DNA of 40,000 nucleotides from Massilia endophytica (GCF_021165955.1 NZ_CP088952.1:2935137-2975136); one strand, 5' to 3'; shown: positions 17,072-29,670, counted from the first letter of the stretch. Program-made: numbers and translations. The notes: generated from the sequence alone by a model not told the origin.

Positions 17072-18595
17072 TCAGGGCGCGGGCACTGCGTCCTTCAGCG
17101 GCGAATCGGGATAGGCCGTCTTCCAGATCTCCCAGCCCATCCTGCGCCGCAAGGCCATGCGTTCGCTGCCTTCAGCATACAGGTCGTAGTGGCCCTTCCC
17201 GGGCAGATAGGCAAAGCTGGCCTGGCCTGCCACGTCGCGCACGGCCTGCTCGAACTTGCGCACCGAAACATCAAGGCCGTACTCGTCCTTGTCGCCCACA
17301 TAGATGTGCAGCTTCCCATCGAGCTCGCGCTTCTGTCCCGCCCAGCGCTGGCGCACGATGCGCGAGAGATCCCAATGCGCCAGCCAGTAGTCCGCGACCT
17401 CGCGGTCTATCTTGCCGGTGGCACGGTCGTACAGCTTGCGCGGCCTGCCATCCGCAGCCCTCGGAGAGAAGACCCACTCGAAGGCCTGGGCCTGCCCGCC
17501 ATATTCGGCCAGTACTTCCTCCATGCGCGCCGCGGACGTGTCGCGCTTCACGGTGTTCGGATCGGCCAGGTCCAGGCCTTCGAACACACTGAAGTCCAGG
17601 AAATCGGGCGAGGTGGCAAATGCGCCGCGGAACAAGGTGGGGTAGTTCACCTGAAGCCAGACTGCGGCCCAGCCGCCGGAGGAGTGCCCCATCAGGTAGC
17701 GGCCCGCCGACGGGTCGGTGCGGTAGCGGCGGTCGATCTCCGGCAGCAGCTCCGCCGTCAGCGCACGGCCCCAGGGACCGTTGTTCACGCTGTCCGCGAA
17801 CTCGTGGGTGCCGCTGGCCAGGCTCTGGTCCAGGAACACCCAGATCATGGGCGGCAGCCGGCCGTTGCCCGTCTGATTGAGTACGCCCAGCGCGCTGTCC
17901 GCCAGCGAGGCCATGCCTGCCTGGAAGCCGTGCGTAAAGTACACCACGGGATAGCGCCGGGCGGGATTCTCGCCATAGCCCGGCGGCGTGAGCACGAAGC
18001 CGCGCAATGCCTTACGCGTGCCCCAGAAGGCGGTCAGCGCATCGCTGTCGACGGAGAACTCCGTGATGCGCCGCTCCACCTCCGCCTTGTCCTCCGCTTT
18101 CACCAGGGGCTTGCCGTCCGGCCGTGTCCAGTAGCTGCGTCCGGGCAGCACCTCCGCCAGTTCGAGCGTAAGCGGCTCCGCGGCCGGAAGGTGCAGCTTG
18201 CGCACCGGCGAGGCGACATCGCCCGCACCGCGGCCCGAATAGCCGTAGCTGTGATCGCGGTCCAGCAAGGCCTGCACCCAGTAGTCGCCTGGCGGAAGCT
18301 GATCGACCGGTACGGGGAAAGCAAGGTCGCCGGGATAGAAGCGCACAGCCTCGCCTGCGTTGATGCCGCTCACCTCGCGGGCCGCTACGAAGTTCTGGTT
18401 CTTCACGAAGGGATCGGCGTCGACGGCGGCCGGGGCGCCCTTCCCTTCCACCACCTTCTCCGCAAACAGGAGCAGGCGCCCCGGGCCCGGCTGGCCGAGC
18501 GAGGGCGCGGCTTTGACAAGAACAGGGCCGTCGTGAGCGTGTGCAGAGGACAGCAGGGCCGCAGCAAAAAGGCCGAGACAAAACAGTAGGCGCAT
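17072..18595 (-). CDS. secreted alpha/beta-hydrolase, 'putative esterase' (enterochelin-esterase-like) family
   Basis: The ATG at 18595 (MRLLFCLGLFAAALLSSAHA, signal peptide) is preferred over the TTG at 18607. The nucleophile elbow GHSSGG is present, within YPVVYFTHGF...RYLMGHSSGGWAAV. Confidence 0.75.
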   Translation of the reverse strand: MRLLFCLGLFAAALLSSAHAHDGPVLVKAAPSLGQPGPGRLLLFAEKVVEGKGAPAAVDADPFVKNQNFVAAREVSGINAGEAVRFYPGDLAFPVPVDQLPPGDYWVQALLDRDHSYGYSGRGAGDVASPVRKLHLPAAEPLTLELAEVLPGRSYWTRPDGKPLVKAEDKAEVERRITEFSVDSDALTAFWGTRKALRGFVLTPPGYGENPARRYPVVYFTHGFQAGMASLADSALGVLNQTGNGRLPPMIWVFLDQSLASGTHEFADSVNNGPWGRALTAELLPEIDRRYRTDPSAGRYLMGHSSGGWAAVWLQVNYPTLFRGAFATSPDFLDFSVFEGLDLADPNTVKRDTSAARMEEVLAEYGGQAQAFEWVFSPRAADGRPRKLYDRATGKIDREVADYWLAHWDLSRIVRQRWAGQKRELDGKLHIYVGDKDEYGLDVSVRKFEQAVRDVAGQASFAYLPGKGHYDLYAEGSERMALRRRMGWEIWKTAYPDSPLKDAVPAP

Positions 18596-18699
18596 GGAGT
18601 CTCCCAATAGCGGCTGCAGGCGGAATGCTCAGCCGTGGGTGACAGCATATAGCACGTAGAACAAATTTTCTACTTCAAAATTTCTTCTAGAATACGGCC

Positions 18700-19206
18700 A
18701 TGACCCGTCTTCTGTTCAGCCATCCCAGCTCTGGTCCCGCCGCGTCCGAAGACGCTGCTGTCCCGCCTCCCCGCCGGCCGATCGATGACGACAGCGAAGC
18801 CTTCACCCTGCCCCGCGATGACGGCGATGGAGGCGATATCGGCGCGGAGGCGGAGCCGGCCCAGCCAAGGATGCTGGCCGCCCTGCTCGATCCGCTGCTG
18901 CTGAACCTTGAAAAGGCAGGGCTGCCTGACGAGGAAGAGGCCATTGCCGAACCGGCGCCTGGGGAGTTTGCAGGCGAGAGTCTGCAGGAGTTCGCGATGG
19001 AAGGAGAGTTACTGGCGGAGCTGCCTGGCGGAACGGCGGAGGCGCTGAACATCGACACGGACCCTGAGCAGGCCACGAAAAAACATGCGGGCGAAGGCTG
19101 GTACTGGGCTGTGGTGCCGCGCAGCGGCGAACCGGCCTACAGCGCCGCGCTGCGCCACCGCTCGCGCGCCCGGTCAAGGACGCGCAAGCGCCCGCGTCCG
19201 GACTAG
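18700..19206 (+). CDS. hypothetical acidic, low-complexity protein with basic C-terminal tail
   Basis: This is the only non-artefactual-looking ORF in the 600-bp gap between the esterase gene and leuA. It is 168 aa, Asp/Glu/Pro/Ala-rich, and ends RHRSRARSRTRKRPRPD. There is no obvious SD, and the opposite-strand ORF is Ser-rich nonsense. No family recognised. Confidence 0.45.
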   Translation: MTRLLFSHPSSGPAASEDAAVPPPRRPIDDDSEAFTLPRDDGDGGDIGAEAEPAQPRMLAALLDPLLLNLEKAGLPDEEEAIAEPAPGEFAGESLQEFAMEGELLAELPGGTAEALNIDTDPEQATKKHAGEGWYWAVVPRSGEPAYSAALRHRSRARSRTRKRPRPD

Positions 19207-19211
19207 CCGCC

Positions 19212-20753
19212 TCAGATAGTTTCGGCCTGGGGGTTGACGCGCTCCTTGCTGTGCAGCTTGTTCAGCGCCGAGAGATAGGCCTTGGCCGAGGCGGTGACGA
19301 TGTCCGGATCGGCGCCCACGCCGTTGACGATGCGGCCCGCGCTGGACAGGCGCATGGTCACCTCCCCTTGCGATTGCGAGCTGGGGCTGATGGCCGCAAT
19401 CGAGAACAGCACCAGCTCCGCGCCCGACTGCGCACGGCTCTCGATGGCGTTGACAATGGCGTCCACCGGTCCATCCCCCGTGCCCTCGCAGCTGTATTCC
19501 ACGCCGCCCATCGAAAACACAATGCGCGCATGCGGCAGCTCCCCCGTTTCGGAACGCTGTGCCAGCGAGACCAGGCGGTAATGCTCACCCTCGTGGCCCT
19601 CCTCGTCCGACACGAGGGCCATGATGTCCTCGTCGAAGATCTCGGACTTGCGGTCGGCCAGCTCCTTGAAGCGGGCGAAGGCGGTGTTGACTTCTGCTTC
19701 CGAATCGAGCTCGATGCCCAGCTCCTGCAAGCGCTGCTTGAAGGCGTTGCGGCCCGAGAGCTTGCCCAGCACGATCTTGTTCGCGGTCCAGCCCACGTCT
19801 TCGGCGCGCATAATCTCATAGGTTTCGCGCGCCTTCAGGATGCCGTCCTGGTGGATGCCCGACGCGTGCGCGAAGGCGTTCGCGCCCACCACCGCCTTGT
19901 TGGGCTGCACGGCAAAGCCGGTAATCTGCGACACCATCTTGGACGCGGCCACGATCTGGGTGGTGTCGATGCCGCATTCGAGATTGAAGTAGCCCGCGCG
20001 CGTGCGCAGCGCCATCACCACTTCTTCCAGCGCCGTGTTACCGGCACGCTCGCCCAGGCCGTTGATGGTGCACTCGATCTGGCGCGCGCCGCCGATCATC
20101 ACGCCCGCCAGCGAGTTGGCCACGGCGAGGCCAAGGTCGTTGTGGCAGTGAACGGACCAGATGGCCTTGTCCGAATTCGGGATGCGTTCGCGCAGGCGGC
20201 GGATGGTCTCTCCGAACAGCTCGGGCACCGCATAGCCCACCGTATCCGGGAAATTGATGGTGGTGGCGCCTTCGTCGATCACGCCCTCCAGCACGCGGCA
20301 CAGGAAGTCCTCTTCCGAACGGCTGCCGTCTTCCGGGCTGAATTCGATATCGTTGGTGTGCTGTCGTGCGAAGCGCACCGCCAGCTTCGCCTGCTCCAGC
20401 ACCTGCTCCGGCTCCATGCGCAGCTTCATTTTCATGTGCAGCGGCGAGGTGGCGATGAAGGTGTGGATGCGTTTGCGGGCCGCAGGCTGCAGGGCCTCGG
20501 CGGCGCGCGCGATGTCGCGGTCATTGGCGCGCGAGAGCGAGCACACGGTGGAATCCTTGATGGCAGCTGCGATGGCGCGGATCGATTCGAAATCGCCCGG
20601 CGATGCGGCGGCGAACCCCGCCTCGATCACGTCCACCCGCAGGCGCTCCAGCTGCTTCGCGATGCGCACCTTCTCTTCGCGCGTCATCGAGGCGCCGGGC
20701 GATTGCTCGCCGTCGCGCAGGGTGGTATCGAAAATGATCAGGCGGTCGCTCAT
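19212..20753 (-). CDS. leuA: 2-isopropylmalate synthase
   Basis: 513-aa [31 protein letters not shown]..., with [16 protein letters not shown] and a C-terminal LeuA dimerisation/regulatory domain. Confidence 0.97.
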   Translation of the reverse strand: MSDRLIIFDTTLRDGEQSPGASMTREEKVRIAKQLERLRVDVIEAGFAAASPGDFESIRAIAAAIKDSTVCSLSRANDRDIARAAEALQPAARKRIHTFIATSPLHMKMKLRMEPEQVLEQAKLAVRFARQHTNDIEFSPEDGSRSEEDFLCRVLEGVIDEGATTINFPDTVGYAVPELFGETIRRLRERIPNSDKAIWSVHCHNDLGLAVANSLAGVMIGGARQIECTINGLGERAGNTALEEVVMALRTRAGYFNLECGIDTTQIVAASKMVSQITGFAVQPNKAVVGANAFAHASGIHQDGILKARETYEIMRAEDVGWTANKIVLGKLSGRNAFKQRLQELGIELDSEAEVNTAFARFKELADRKSEIFDEDIMALVSDEEGHEGEHYRLVSLAQRSETGELPHARIVFSMGGVEYSCEGTGDGPVDAIVNAIESRAQSGAELVLFSIAAISPSSQSQGEVTMRLSSAGRIVNGVGADPDIVTASAKAYLSALNKLHSKERVNPQAETI

Positions 20754-20766
20754 GCGGCACTCCTTG

Positions 20767-21627
20767 CTAGTCGTCGGTTTCGTCTTCCGTCTGGACGATG
20801 CTGACCGGCTTGCCCTTGGCGAGGCGCACGAAGAACACCAGGTAGCCGGACAGGCCGTACAGCACGAACAGCGGGAACATGACTTTCGGCGGGTCGATGG
20901 AGATCAGCGCGAACACCAGCGCGATCAGGAACACGGCGATGAAGGGCACGGACTTGCGGAAGTTCACGTCCTTGAAGCTGTAGAAAGGCACGTTGGTGAC
21001 CATGGTCAGGCCCGCGAACATGGCGATGCCCCAGGAGACCCAGGGCAGCAGCACGCCCGGCACTTCAAGGTCCACCATCATCAGCACGAAGCCCGCCACC
21101 AGCGCGGCGGCCGATGGGCTGGGCATGCCCTGGAAGTAGCGCTTGTCCACCACCTGGATGTTGGTGTTGAAGCGGGCCAGGCGCAGCGCGGCGCCAGCGC
21201 AGTACACGAAGGCCGCGATCCATCCCAGTTTACCCAGGCCGCGCAGCGACCATTCATAGATGACGAGGGCTGGCGCCGCGCCGAAGGACACCATGTCGGA
21301 CAGGCTGTCGTACTGCGCGCCGAATTCGCTCTGGGTGTTGGTGAGGCGGGCGACGCGGCCATCCAGGCCGTCCAGCAGCATGGCCACGAAGATGGCCCAG
21401 GCGGCATGCTCGAAGCGCTGGTTCATGGCCATGACGATGGCATAGAAGCCGCAGAACAGCGCACCGGTGGTGAAGGCATTCGGCAGCAGGTAGATGCCGC
21501 GCGAACGCGGCTTGGCCGTCCCATCCGCCGCATGGTGGCGTGCGAAACGGCTGAAGGGCGTCCTGCGGGGCGCCTTGCCAGCCGGGTTCACTGCATTGTT
21601 GGGCCTGCGGCGGGGAAATTTTGCCAT
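20767..21627 (-). CDS. pssA: CDP-diacylglycerol--serine O-phosphatidyltransferase
   Basis: 286-aa multi-TM ORF with the CDP-alcohol phosphatidyltransferase motif [26 protein letters not shown]. It ends 13 nt upstream of leuA. Confidence 0.93.
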   Translation of the reverse strand: MAKFPRRRPNNAVNPAGKAPRRTPFSRFARHHAADGTAKPRSRGIYLLPNAFTTGALFCGFYAIVMAMNQRFEHAAWAIFVAMLLDGLDGRVARLTNTQSEFGAQYDSLSDMVSFGAAPALVIYEWSLRGLGKLGWIAAFVYCAGAALRLARFNTNIQVVDKRYFQGMPSPSAAALVAGFVLMMVDLEVPGVLLPWVSWGIAMFAGLTMVTNVPFYSFKDVNFRKSVPFIAVFLIALVFALISIDPPKVMFPLFVLYGLSGYLVFFVRLAKGKPVSIVQTEDETDD

Positions 21628-21702
21628 ACGTTCCTGTGATAGCTGCGCTAGAGAATGGCCCCTATTATAGTGGAGCGCGCAACATAGGAGTGGCTGCGAG
21701 CG

Positions 21703-22083
21703 TCAGAACTTCGTCACAGCCCCAGCCTTCCTCGCGACACAGTTTCCTCGAATGACCATTCCATCGTCGCGCTTGAAAAAGTAGTTTCCATCGGTCCGAT
21801 CAACGTATGATATTGCTTCCTGGTCATTTCGAAGCTGGATTTTGTAGGCATCGGCTCGAACGAACCGGTATCGGTCTGAAAAATCGAATCCGCGGCCGAA
21901 GTTGTCGTAGAAGGCCACGGTCGACGAGTCGAAGGTCAGCTCAAGCCGGCGAACGAATTCGTACTGCGAGCCGTCGGGATCGGTGCGCTTGACCGAACAG
22001 TCCAGGACGAGATCCTGAGCGAGGGAGCCTGCGGCAAGCACCAGCCCGGCGATAGACACGAAAGTTGCGGAGAGATATCTCAT
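21703..22083 (-). CDS. hypothetical secreted protein
   Basis: 126-aa ORF with a signal peptide (MRYLSATFVSIAGLVLAAGSLAQ). It is AT-richer than its surroundings (45% GC in the 60-nt row I counted). No family recognised. Confidence 0.55.
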   Translation of the reverse strand: MRYLSATFVSIAGLVLAAGSLAQDLVLDCSVKRTDPDGSQYEFVRRLELTFDSSTVAFYDNFGRGFDFSDRYRFVRADAYKIQLRNDQEAISYVDRTDGNYFFKRDDGMVIRGNCVARKAGAVTKF

Positions 22084-22159
22084 GAATAGCCTCCAGATCG
22101 TTGTTAGCAGTTAGACTGCAGCCGCCACGCAAAGGTTCAGCCAACACTCAGGAATATTC

Positions 22160-22765
22160 ATGCCGAAAATTGATCTCAAGAAGGAACTCAAGCAGCTGTA
22201 TCACGCATCCGCAAAGGGCGTGGTGGAAGTTCAGGTGCCACGCTTGCGCTTCCTGATGGTCGATGGCGAGGGTGATCCCAATACATCGCCGTGGTACGCC
22301 GAGGCCGTGGAGGCCTTGTTCTCCGTTTCATACACCGCGAAGTTCATGGTGAAGAAGGCTGCGCAGACCGACTACGCCGTCATGCCGCTCGAAGGGCTGT
22401 GGTGGTCGGACGATATGTCCTCCTTCACCAGCAACGACAGGTCGAAATGGAAGTGGACGATGATGATCATGCAGCCTCATTTCGTGGAGCAGGCCGTGAT
22501 CGAGGCGGCGCTGGCGGAAGTGAAGCGCAAGAAGGGGCTTCCAGCACTGGATGAGCTCCGGCTGGAGGACTTCATGGAGGGACGATGCGCGCAGATCCTG
22601 CACGTCGGGCCATTCAGCGAGGAAGGCCCGACCATCCAGCGCGTCCACGATTTCATCGGGGAGCGCTCAGCCCTCGCCGGAAGGCACCACGAAATCTATC
22701 TGAGCGATGTTCGCCGCGCCGATCCGGCCAGGTGGAAGACCATCATCCGCCAGCCGATGGAATGA
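22160..22765 (+). CDS. GyrI-like small-molecule-binding domain protein
   Basis: 201-aa ORF. MPKIDLKKELKQLYHASAKGVVEVQVPRLRFLMVDGEGDPNTSPWYAEAVEALFSVSYTAKFMVKK...HHEIYLSDVRRADPARWKTIIRQP matches the widespread GyrI-like (PF06445-type) family as I remember it. Confidence 0.8.
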   Translation: MPKIDLKKELKQLYHASAKGVVEVQVPRLRFLMVDGEGDPNTSPWYAEAVEALFSVSYTAKFMVKKAAQTDYAVMPLEGLWWSDDMSSFTSNDRSKWKWTMMIMQPHFVEQAVIEAALAEVKRKKGLPALDELRLEDFMEGRCAQILHVGPFSEEGPTIQRVHDFIGERSALAGRHHEIYLSDVRRADPARWKTIIRQPME

Positions 22766-22768
22766 CGG

Positions 22769-23521
22769 TTACTTGAAACGCACCTTCCCTACCAGGCGCA
22801 TGTCCAGCGTGGTCTCGCCAGGTTCGAAGCTGGGTTCTGCCACTTCGGCCGTATCCTTCGCTGCCCGCATCATCATCATTGGCGCCGCGGGCGCCATCTC
22901 GCGGCCAGCGTAGTTCCCGGTACCTTCGAAGTCCACCGTTTCCAGCACTGCGTCGCTGGTTTTGCGGCCCATGGCGCTGGCGATGGAGGCGATGCGCTCG
23001 TTCAGGTTGCGGTAGGTGACAGCGATGCGCTGGTCGTCCAGCTTGCGCGTGGCCTCGGGGCTCAGGCCGAACTGGATGTTGTTCAGGGTGAGGATCTTCT
23101 GCGCGGCAGCGACCGTTTTCGGCAGCGTGCCCAGGCTGGTGGTGGTCATTTCCACGTACTGGCCCACGCGCCATGCCACCGGCTGCGGCCTCTTTGGCGT
23201 GCCGCCCATCGGCACCGGACGGTCTTCCGGGTACACGGGATAGGTGTAGTAGCCCTGGGTCTTCAGCCTGGCCTGCGGGTCTTCCTTCTTCAGGATGTCC
23301 AGGCCCTGCTTCATCTTCTGGTTGACGCGGGAGGCGGCAGCGGCCTTGTCCTTGTCCTGCTCCTCGATGGCCAGCGTGGCCACGGCCTGGTCGTTGGGCG
23401 CGCGCACTTCGCCGTTGGCGGGCACGATCACGAGGGTTCCGGTGGTGGGAATGGACTGCGCCTGCACAGCCTGGGCGCCCAGCACGAGGGCAGCGGCGGC
23501 GACGGTTTTCATGACGGTCAT
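22769..23521 (-). CDS. SIMPL/DUF541 periplasmic protein (YggE-like)
   Basis: 250-aa ORF with a signal peptide (MKTVAAAALVLGAQAVQA). The layout is SIMPL-type (TLVIVPANGEVRAPNDQAVATLAIEEQDKD... C-terminal ...TLDMRLVGKVRF). Confidence 0.85.
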   Translation of the reverse strand: MTVMKTVAAAALVLGAQAVQAQSIPTTGTLVIVPANGEVRAPNDQAVATLAIEEQDKDKAAAASRVNQKMKQGLDILKKEDPQARLKTQGYYTYPVYPEDRPVPMGGTPKRPQPVAWRVGQYVEMTTTSLGTLPKTVAAAQKILTLNNIQFGLSPEATRKLDDQRIAVTYRNLNERIASIASAMGRKTSDAVLETVDFEGTGNYAGREMAPAAPMMMMRAAKDTAEVAEPSFEPGETTLDMRLVGKVRFK

Positions 23522-23704
23522 CTTGTTCTCCGAAGTCAGACAGTGCCCCGACTTTAACCGAAATGGCCATAGAGCAACGCTCCAGTTGGTGACCGTTTGT
23601 AACCGCCGCCCTGGGCAAGCTCACTTTGCTGATCAAGTCGGTATCAGGTGAGTGCAGTTGTGAACTATACTCATTGGATACTCCCCAGCCACGATGGAGC
23701 CAAA

Positions 23705-23968
23705 ATGTACCGAATCGGGTATCCCTTCTGGAAGCAGGCCGCGCATCTCGGCATTCCGCTGAAGATCCGCGTCAACGTTGTTGAAGACGAGGACGCTGGC
23801 GTTTATGTGGCAACCAGCACGGATCTGCGTGGACTTGTATGCGAGGCGAAAACTATGGATGAGCTCGTAAAAGAGGTAAACGCCGCGACCGCCACCCTGC
23901 TTGAGCTCCACCTGAGCAAAGTTCCTGCAACCCCGCCTATTACGGATCTGCGCTTTCGCGCAGCATGA
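23705..23968 (+). CDS. hicB: DUF1902-type HicB-like antitoxin
   Basis: The ATG at 23705 has GGAG 5 nt upstream; the track start at 23648 is GTG. The 87-aa protein contains the core ...VVEDEDAGVYVATSTDLRGLVCEAKTMDELVKEV..., which resembles the DUF1902 motif (E..G.W.A.S.D.PGL..EA.T..EL). Its stop overlaps the next ATG (ATGA), the usual HicBA-type coupling. Confidence 0.75.
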   Translation: MYRIGYPFWKQAAHLGIPLKIRVNVVEDEDAGVYVATSTDLRGLVCEAKTMDELVKEVNAATATLLELHLSKVPATPPITDLRFRAA

Positions 23969-24091
23969 AGGGCTACTACAGCCGAGTCCTTCAACTCCTG
24001 AAGGACGCTGGCTTCACCCATGTACGTCAAGGTAAAGGCGCCCACGAGATATGGGGTAGAAAAATCGGCCGGGATCAAACACAAGTTCTGA
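23965..24091 (+). pseudogene. hicA: HicA-family toxin remnant (internal deletion plus frameshift)
   Basis: Frame 1 from the ATG at 23965 gives MKGYYSRVLQLLKDAGFTHVRQGKGAHEIWG, which is like a HicA N-terminus (..LL...G...VR..GSH.....). It then reads on without HicA similarity, through the ilvC terminator and antisense to ilvC, to 24420. The +1 frame from about 24053 reads GVEKSAGIKHKF-stop (TGA 24089-24091), resembling a HicA C-terminus (..ILKQAGI...). About 20 central residues appear to be missing. Confidence 0.45.
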
Positions 24092-24096
24092 CCATA

Positions 24097-24123
24097 GAAA
24101 AAAAACGGCCCCGCAGGGCCGTT
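24097..24123 (-). terminator. ilvC rho-independent terminator
   Basis: The minus strand reads AACGGCCC-UGCG-GGGCCGUU followed by U-run (plus-strand A-run 24098-24105). It begins 21 nt after the ilvC stop. Confidence 0.75.
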
Positions 24124-24143
24124 GAAGTGGAACGTGGGACAAA

Positions 24144-25684
<1,541 letters not shown>

Positions 25685-25685
25685 A

Positions 25686-27407
<1,722 letters not shown>

Positions 27408-27886
27408 GAAACATTCCTTTCAAGGTCCATAAGGAGATTGATAGGATGCTCTGGCCTGGCGAAGCGGGCGTTCCGTGCAGCACTTCGGGCTTCCCTTCTT
27501 TCTGCGGTCACGCTACCCCTTCCCCGCAACGTAGTGCAAGTACAAGGCAACGCTAAACGCAACTCGTTTGGCCTGAGTTTCTGCAGCGGGTGTGCCGACC
27601 TCTCACGCTTGTGGCGCGGGTTAGAGCAAACTGCTGACAAATGAAAGCTGGTTTTCCCCAACGGCTTTGTGTGCCTGTTGCGTCAAACCGGGGAGCTTCG
27701 TGGTGTGCAAAGCGTTCCATACGTTACTGCGTTGCAGCATGGCGGTCAAGGCTTATCTGACAAAAAATGCATATCTATACATTTTTGTTCGCAATCTCGT
27801 GCCAAAACAGGCCGTTTTTGCTAGGATGCCCAACAGTTCACAAAAAGACCCCCACGGCGACCACTCCGGCAGCACGCTCCCCACGC

Positions 27887-28456
27887 ATGGCCACAGACAA
27901 AGAATTATCGGATTTCCTCGAAAACGTGGAGCGGCGGGCATTCAAGCAGGCGGTGTATGCGGTGCGCCGGGACGAATCGGCCCTCGACATCGTGCAGGAC
28001 GCCATGATCAAGCTGGCCGAAAAGTACGGCGACAAGCCGGCCGCCGAGCTGCCCATGCTGTTCCAGCGCATCCTGCAGACCACCATCCTCGACTATTTCC
28101 GGCGCGAGAAGGTGCGCAATACCTGGGTCAGCCTGTTTTCCGGCTTGGGAAGTTCCCACGAGGAAAACGAGGACTTTGATATACTGGAGAGCTATGAGGC
28201 GGAGCAAGGCACCCAGGCCGCCGAATCGAGCGCCGACCAGGTCGAACGCTGGCAGATGTTGCAAATCATAGAAGACGAAGTACAAAAACTGCCGGCGCGT
28301 CAACGGGAAGCCTTCCTCATGCGTTACTGGCAGGATATGGACGTGGCGGAGACGGCGGAAGCGATGGGATGCTCCGAAGGGAGCGTTAAAACACATTGCT
28401 CCAGAGCAACACACACCCTTGCAGAGTCGCTCAAAGCCAAAGGAATCAAACTATGA
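27887..28456 (+). CDS. ECF-type RNA polymerase sigma-70 family factor
   Basis: The ATG at 27887 (MATDKELSDFLENVERRAFKQAVYAVRRDESALDIVQDAMIKL...) gives 189 aa. Region 2 (DIVQDAM...ILDYFRR) and region 4 HTH (REAFLMRYWQDMDVAETAEAMGCSEGSVKTHCSRA) are present. The track start at 27767 lies in AT-rich non-coding-looking sequence. Confidence 0.9.
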   Translation: MATDKELSDFLENVERRAFKQAVYAVRRDESALDIVQDAMIKLAEKYGDKPAAELPMLFQRILQTTILDYFRREKVRNTWVSLFSGLGSSHEENEDFDILESYEAEQGTQAAESSADQVERWQMLQIIEDEVQKLPARQREAFLMRYWQDMDVAETAEAMGCSEGSVKTHCSRATHTLAESLKAKGIKL

Positions 28457-28857
28457 ACACCGAAGAATTGAATTTCGCTTACCGTGTGCGCCACGCGCTG
28501 AACGAGAAGCTGGACGATTTGCCGGCTTCGACGACGGAGCGCCTGGCGGCTGCCCGCAAGGCGGCCGTGGCGCGCAAGAAGGCGCACGTGGAAGTGCGCG
28601 TAGCCCGTACCGCTCCGGCCATGGCTGGCGCGGGTACGGCAGGCTTCGGCCATGCCTTCGGCTGGATGAACCGCTTCAGCGTTGCCCTGCCCCTGGTGCT
28701 CATGCTGTGCGGCATGGTCGGCGTCTACCAGTATGAACAGCAGCAGTCGATCGCCGAACTGGCGGAGCTGGATGCGGCCGTGCTGTCGGACGAGCTGCCG
28801 CTGTCGGCCTATCTGGACCACGGCTTCAACGCATACATCGAAACGCGCGGGCAATAA
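28453..28857 (+). CDS. DUF3619-family membrane protein (candidate anti-sigma partner)
   Basis: The ATG at 28453 overlaps the sigma gene stop (ATGA). The 134-aa protein MNTEELNFAYRVRHALNEKLDDLPASTTERLAAARKAAV... has one TM helix (FSVALPLVLMLCGMVGVY). The DUF3619 call is from memory of the conserved Burkholderiales cluster. Confidence 0.75.
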   Translation: MNTEELNFAYRVRHALNEKLDDLPASTTERLAAARKAAVARKKAHVEVRVARTAPAMAGAGTAGFGHAFGWMNRFSVALPLVLMLCGMVGVYQYEQQQSIAELAELDAAVLSDELPLSAYLDHGFNAYIETRGQ

Positions 28858-28860
28858 GCA

Positions 28861-29670
28861 ATGGCGCAAGTCCGTGGCCGTACCCCGCTCGTCGCTGGCA
28901 TTGCCGTTTTGGCAGTATTGCTGGCGGCAGGCGCCGTATGGCTGCACCACGAGAGCGGCGAGGCGCCGCTGGCGGCCATCGCCTCCGTGCCTGCCAAGGT
29001 AGGCCTGGGCAGCAATGTCACCGCGGAAAAGCCGCGCTGGTCGGAATTGAACGCAGCACAGCAGAAGGCCCTCGGCCCGCTGGAATCCACCTGGGACGAA
29101 CTGGGCCCCGTGCGCAAGAAGAAGTGGCTGGACATCGCCAACCGCTTCAACACCATGAAACCGGACGAGCAGCAGCGCGTGCATGAACGCATGCGCGAGT
29201 GGACCCGTCTCTCCCCCGACGAACGCAAGGCCGTACGCGAGAACTACGCGCGGGCGCAGAAGATCGTCGGCGGCCAGAAGGCCGCGCAGTGGGAGCAGTA
29301 TCAACAGCTGCCGGAAGAGGAAAAGCGCAAGCTTGCCGACACCGCTGCCGGCAAGCGCCAGCAGGTGGCCAAGCCGCCGACGCCGGCCCAATCCATGATC
29401 AAGACCCCGCAGCCGATCAAGGCGCATGGCCAGGGCCTGGTGCCGCCGCCCGGCACGCCCGCGCCCGTCGCGCCCACGCCCGCAGCACCGGCTCCGGCCA
29501 CGCCCGCTCCCGCTCCTGTGGTTCCAGCGCCCGCCGCTCCCGTCACCTCGCCCGCGCCGGCGCCGGAAGTGGTCTATCCGCTCGAAGGCGCTGCCACACC
29601 GGCCGCCATGAACCAGCAGTCGATTTCTACGCCGGCGTCCCCGGCCCCTGCGCCGAATGCCACCAAGTAA
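28861..29670 (+). CDS. DUF3106-family protein with Pro/Ala-rich C-terminal half
   Basis: 269 aa with an N-terminal TM/signal anchor (LVAGIAVLAVLLAAGAVWL). Repeated W..L...E(R/Q) helices are present (RWSELNAAQQKAL.PL...W, KKKWLDIANRFNTMKPDEQQRVHERMREWTRLSPDERKAVRENY), as in DUF3106. Confidence 0.8.
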   Translation: MAQVRGRTPLVAGIAVLAVLLAAGAVWLHHESGEAPLAAIASVPAKVGLGSNVTAEKPRWSELNAAQQKALGPLESTWDELGPVRKKKWLDIANRFNTMKPDEQQRVHERMREWTRLSPDERKAVRENYARAQKIVGGQKAAQWEQYQQLPEEEKRKLADTAAGKRQQVAKPPTPAQSMIKTPQPIKAHGQGLVPPPGTPAPVAPTPAAPAPATPAPAPVVPAPAAPVTSPAPAPEVVYPLEGAATPAAMNQQSISTPASPAPAPNATK

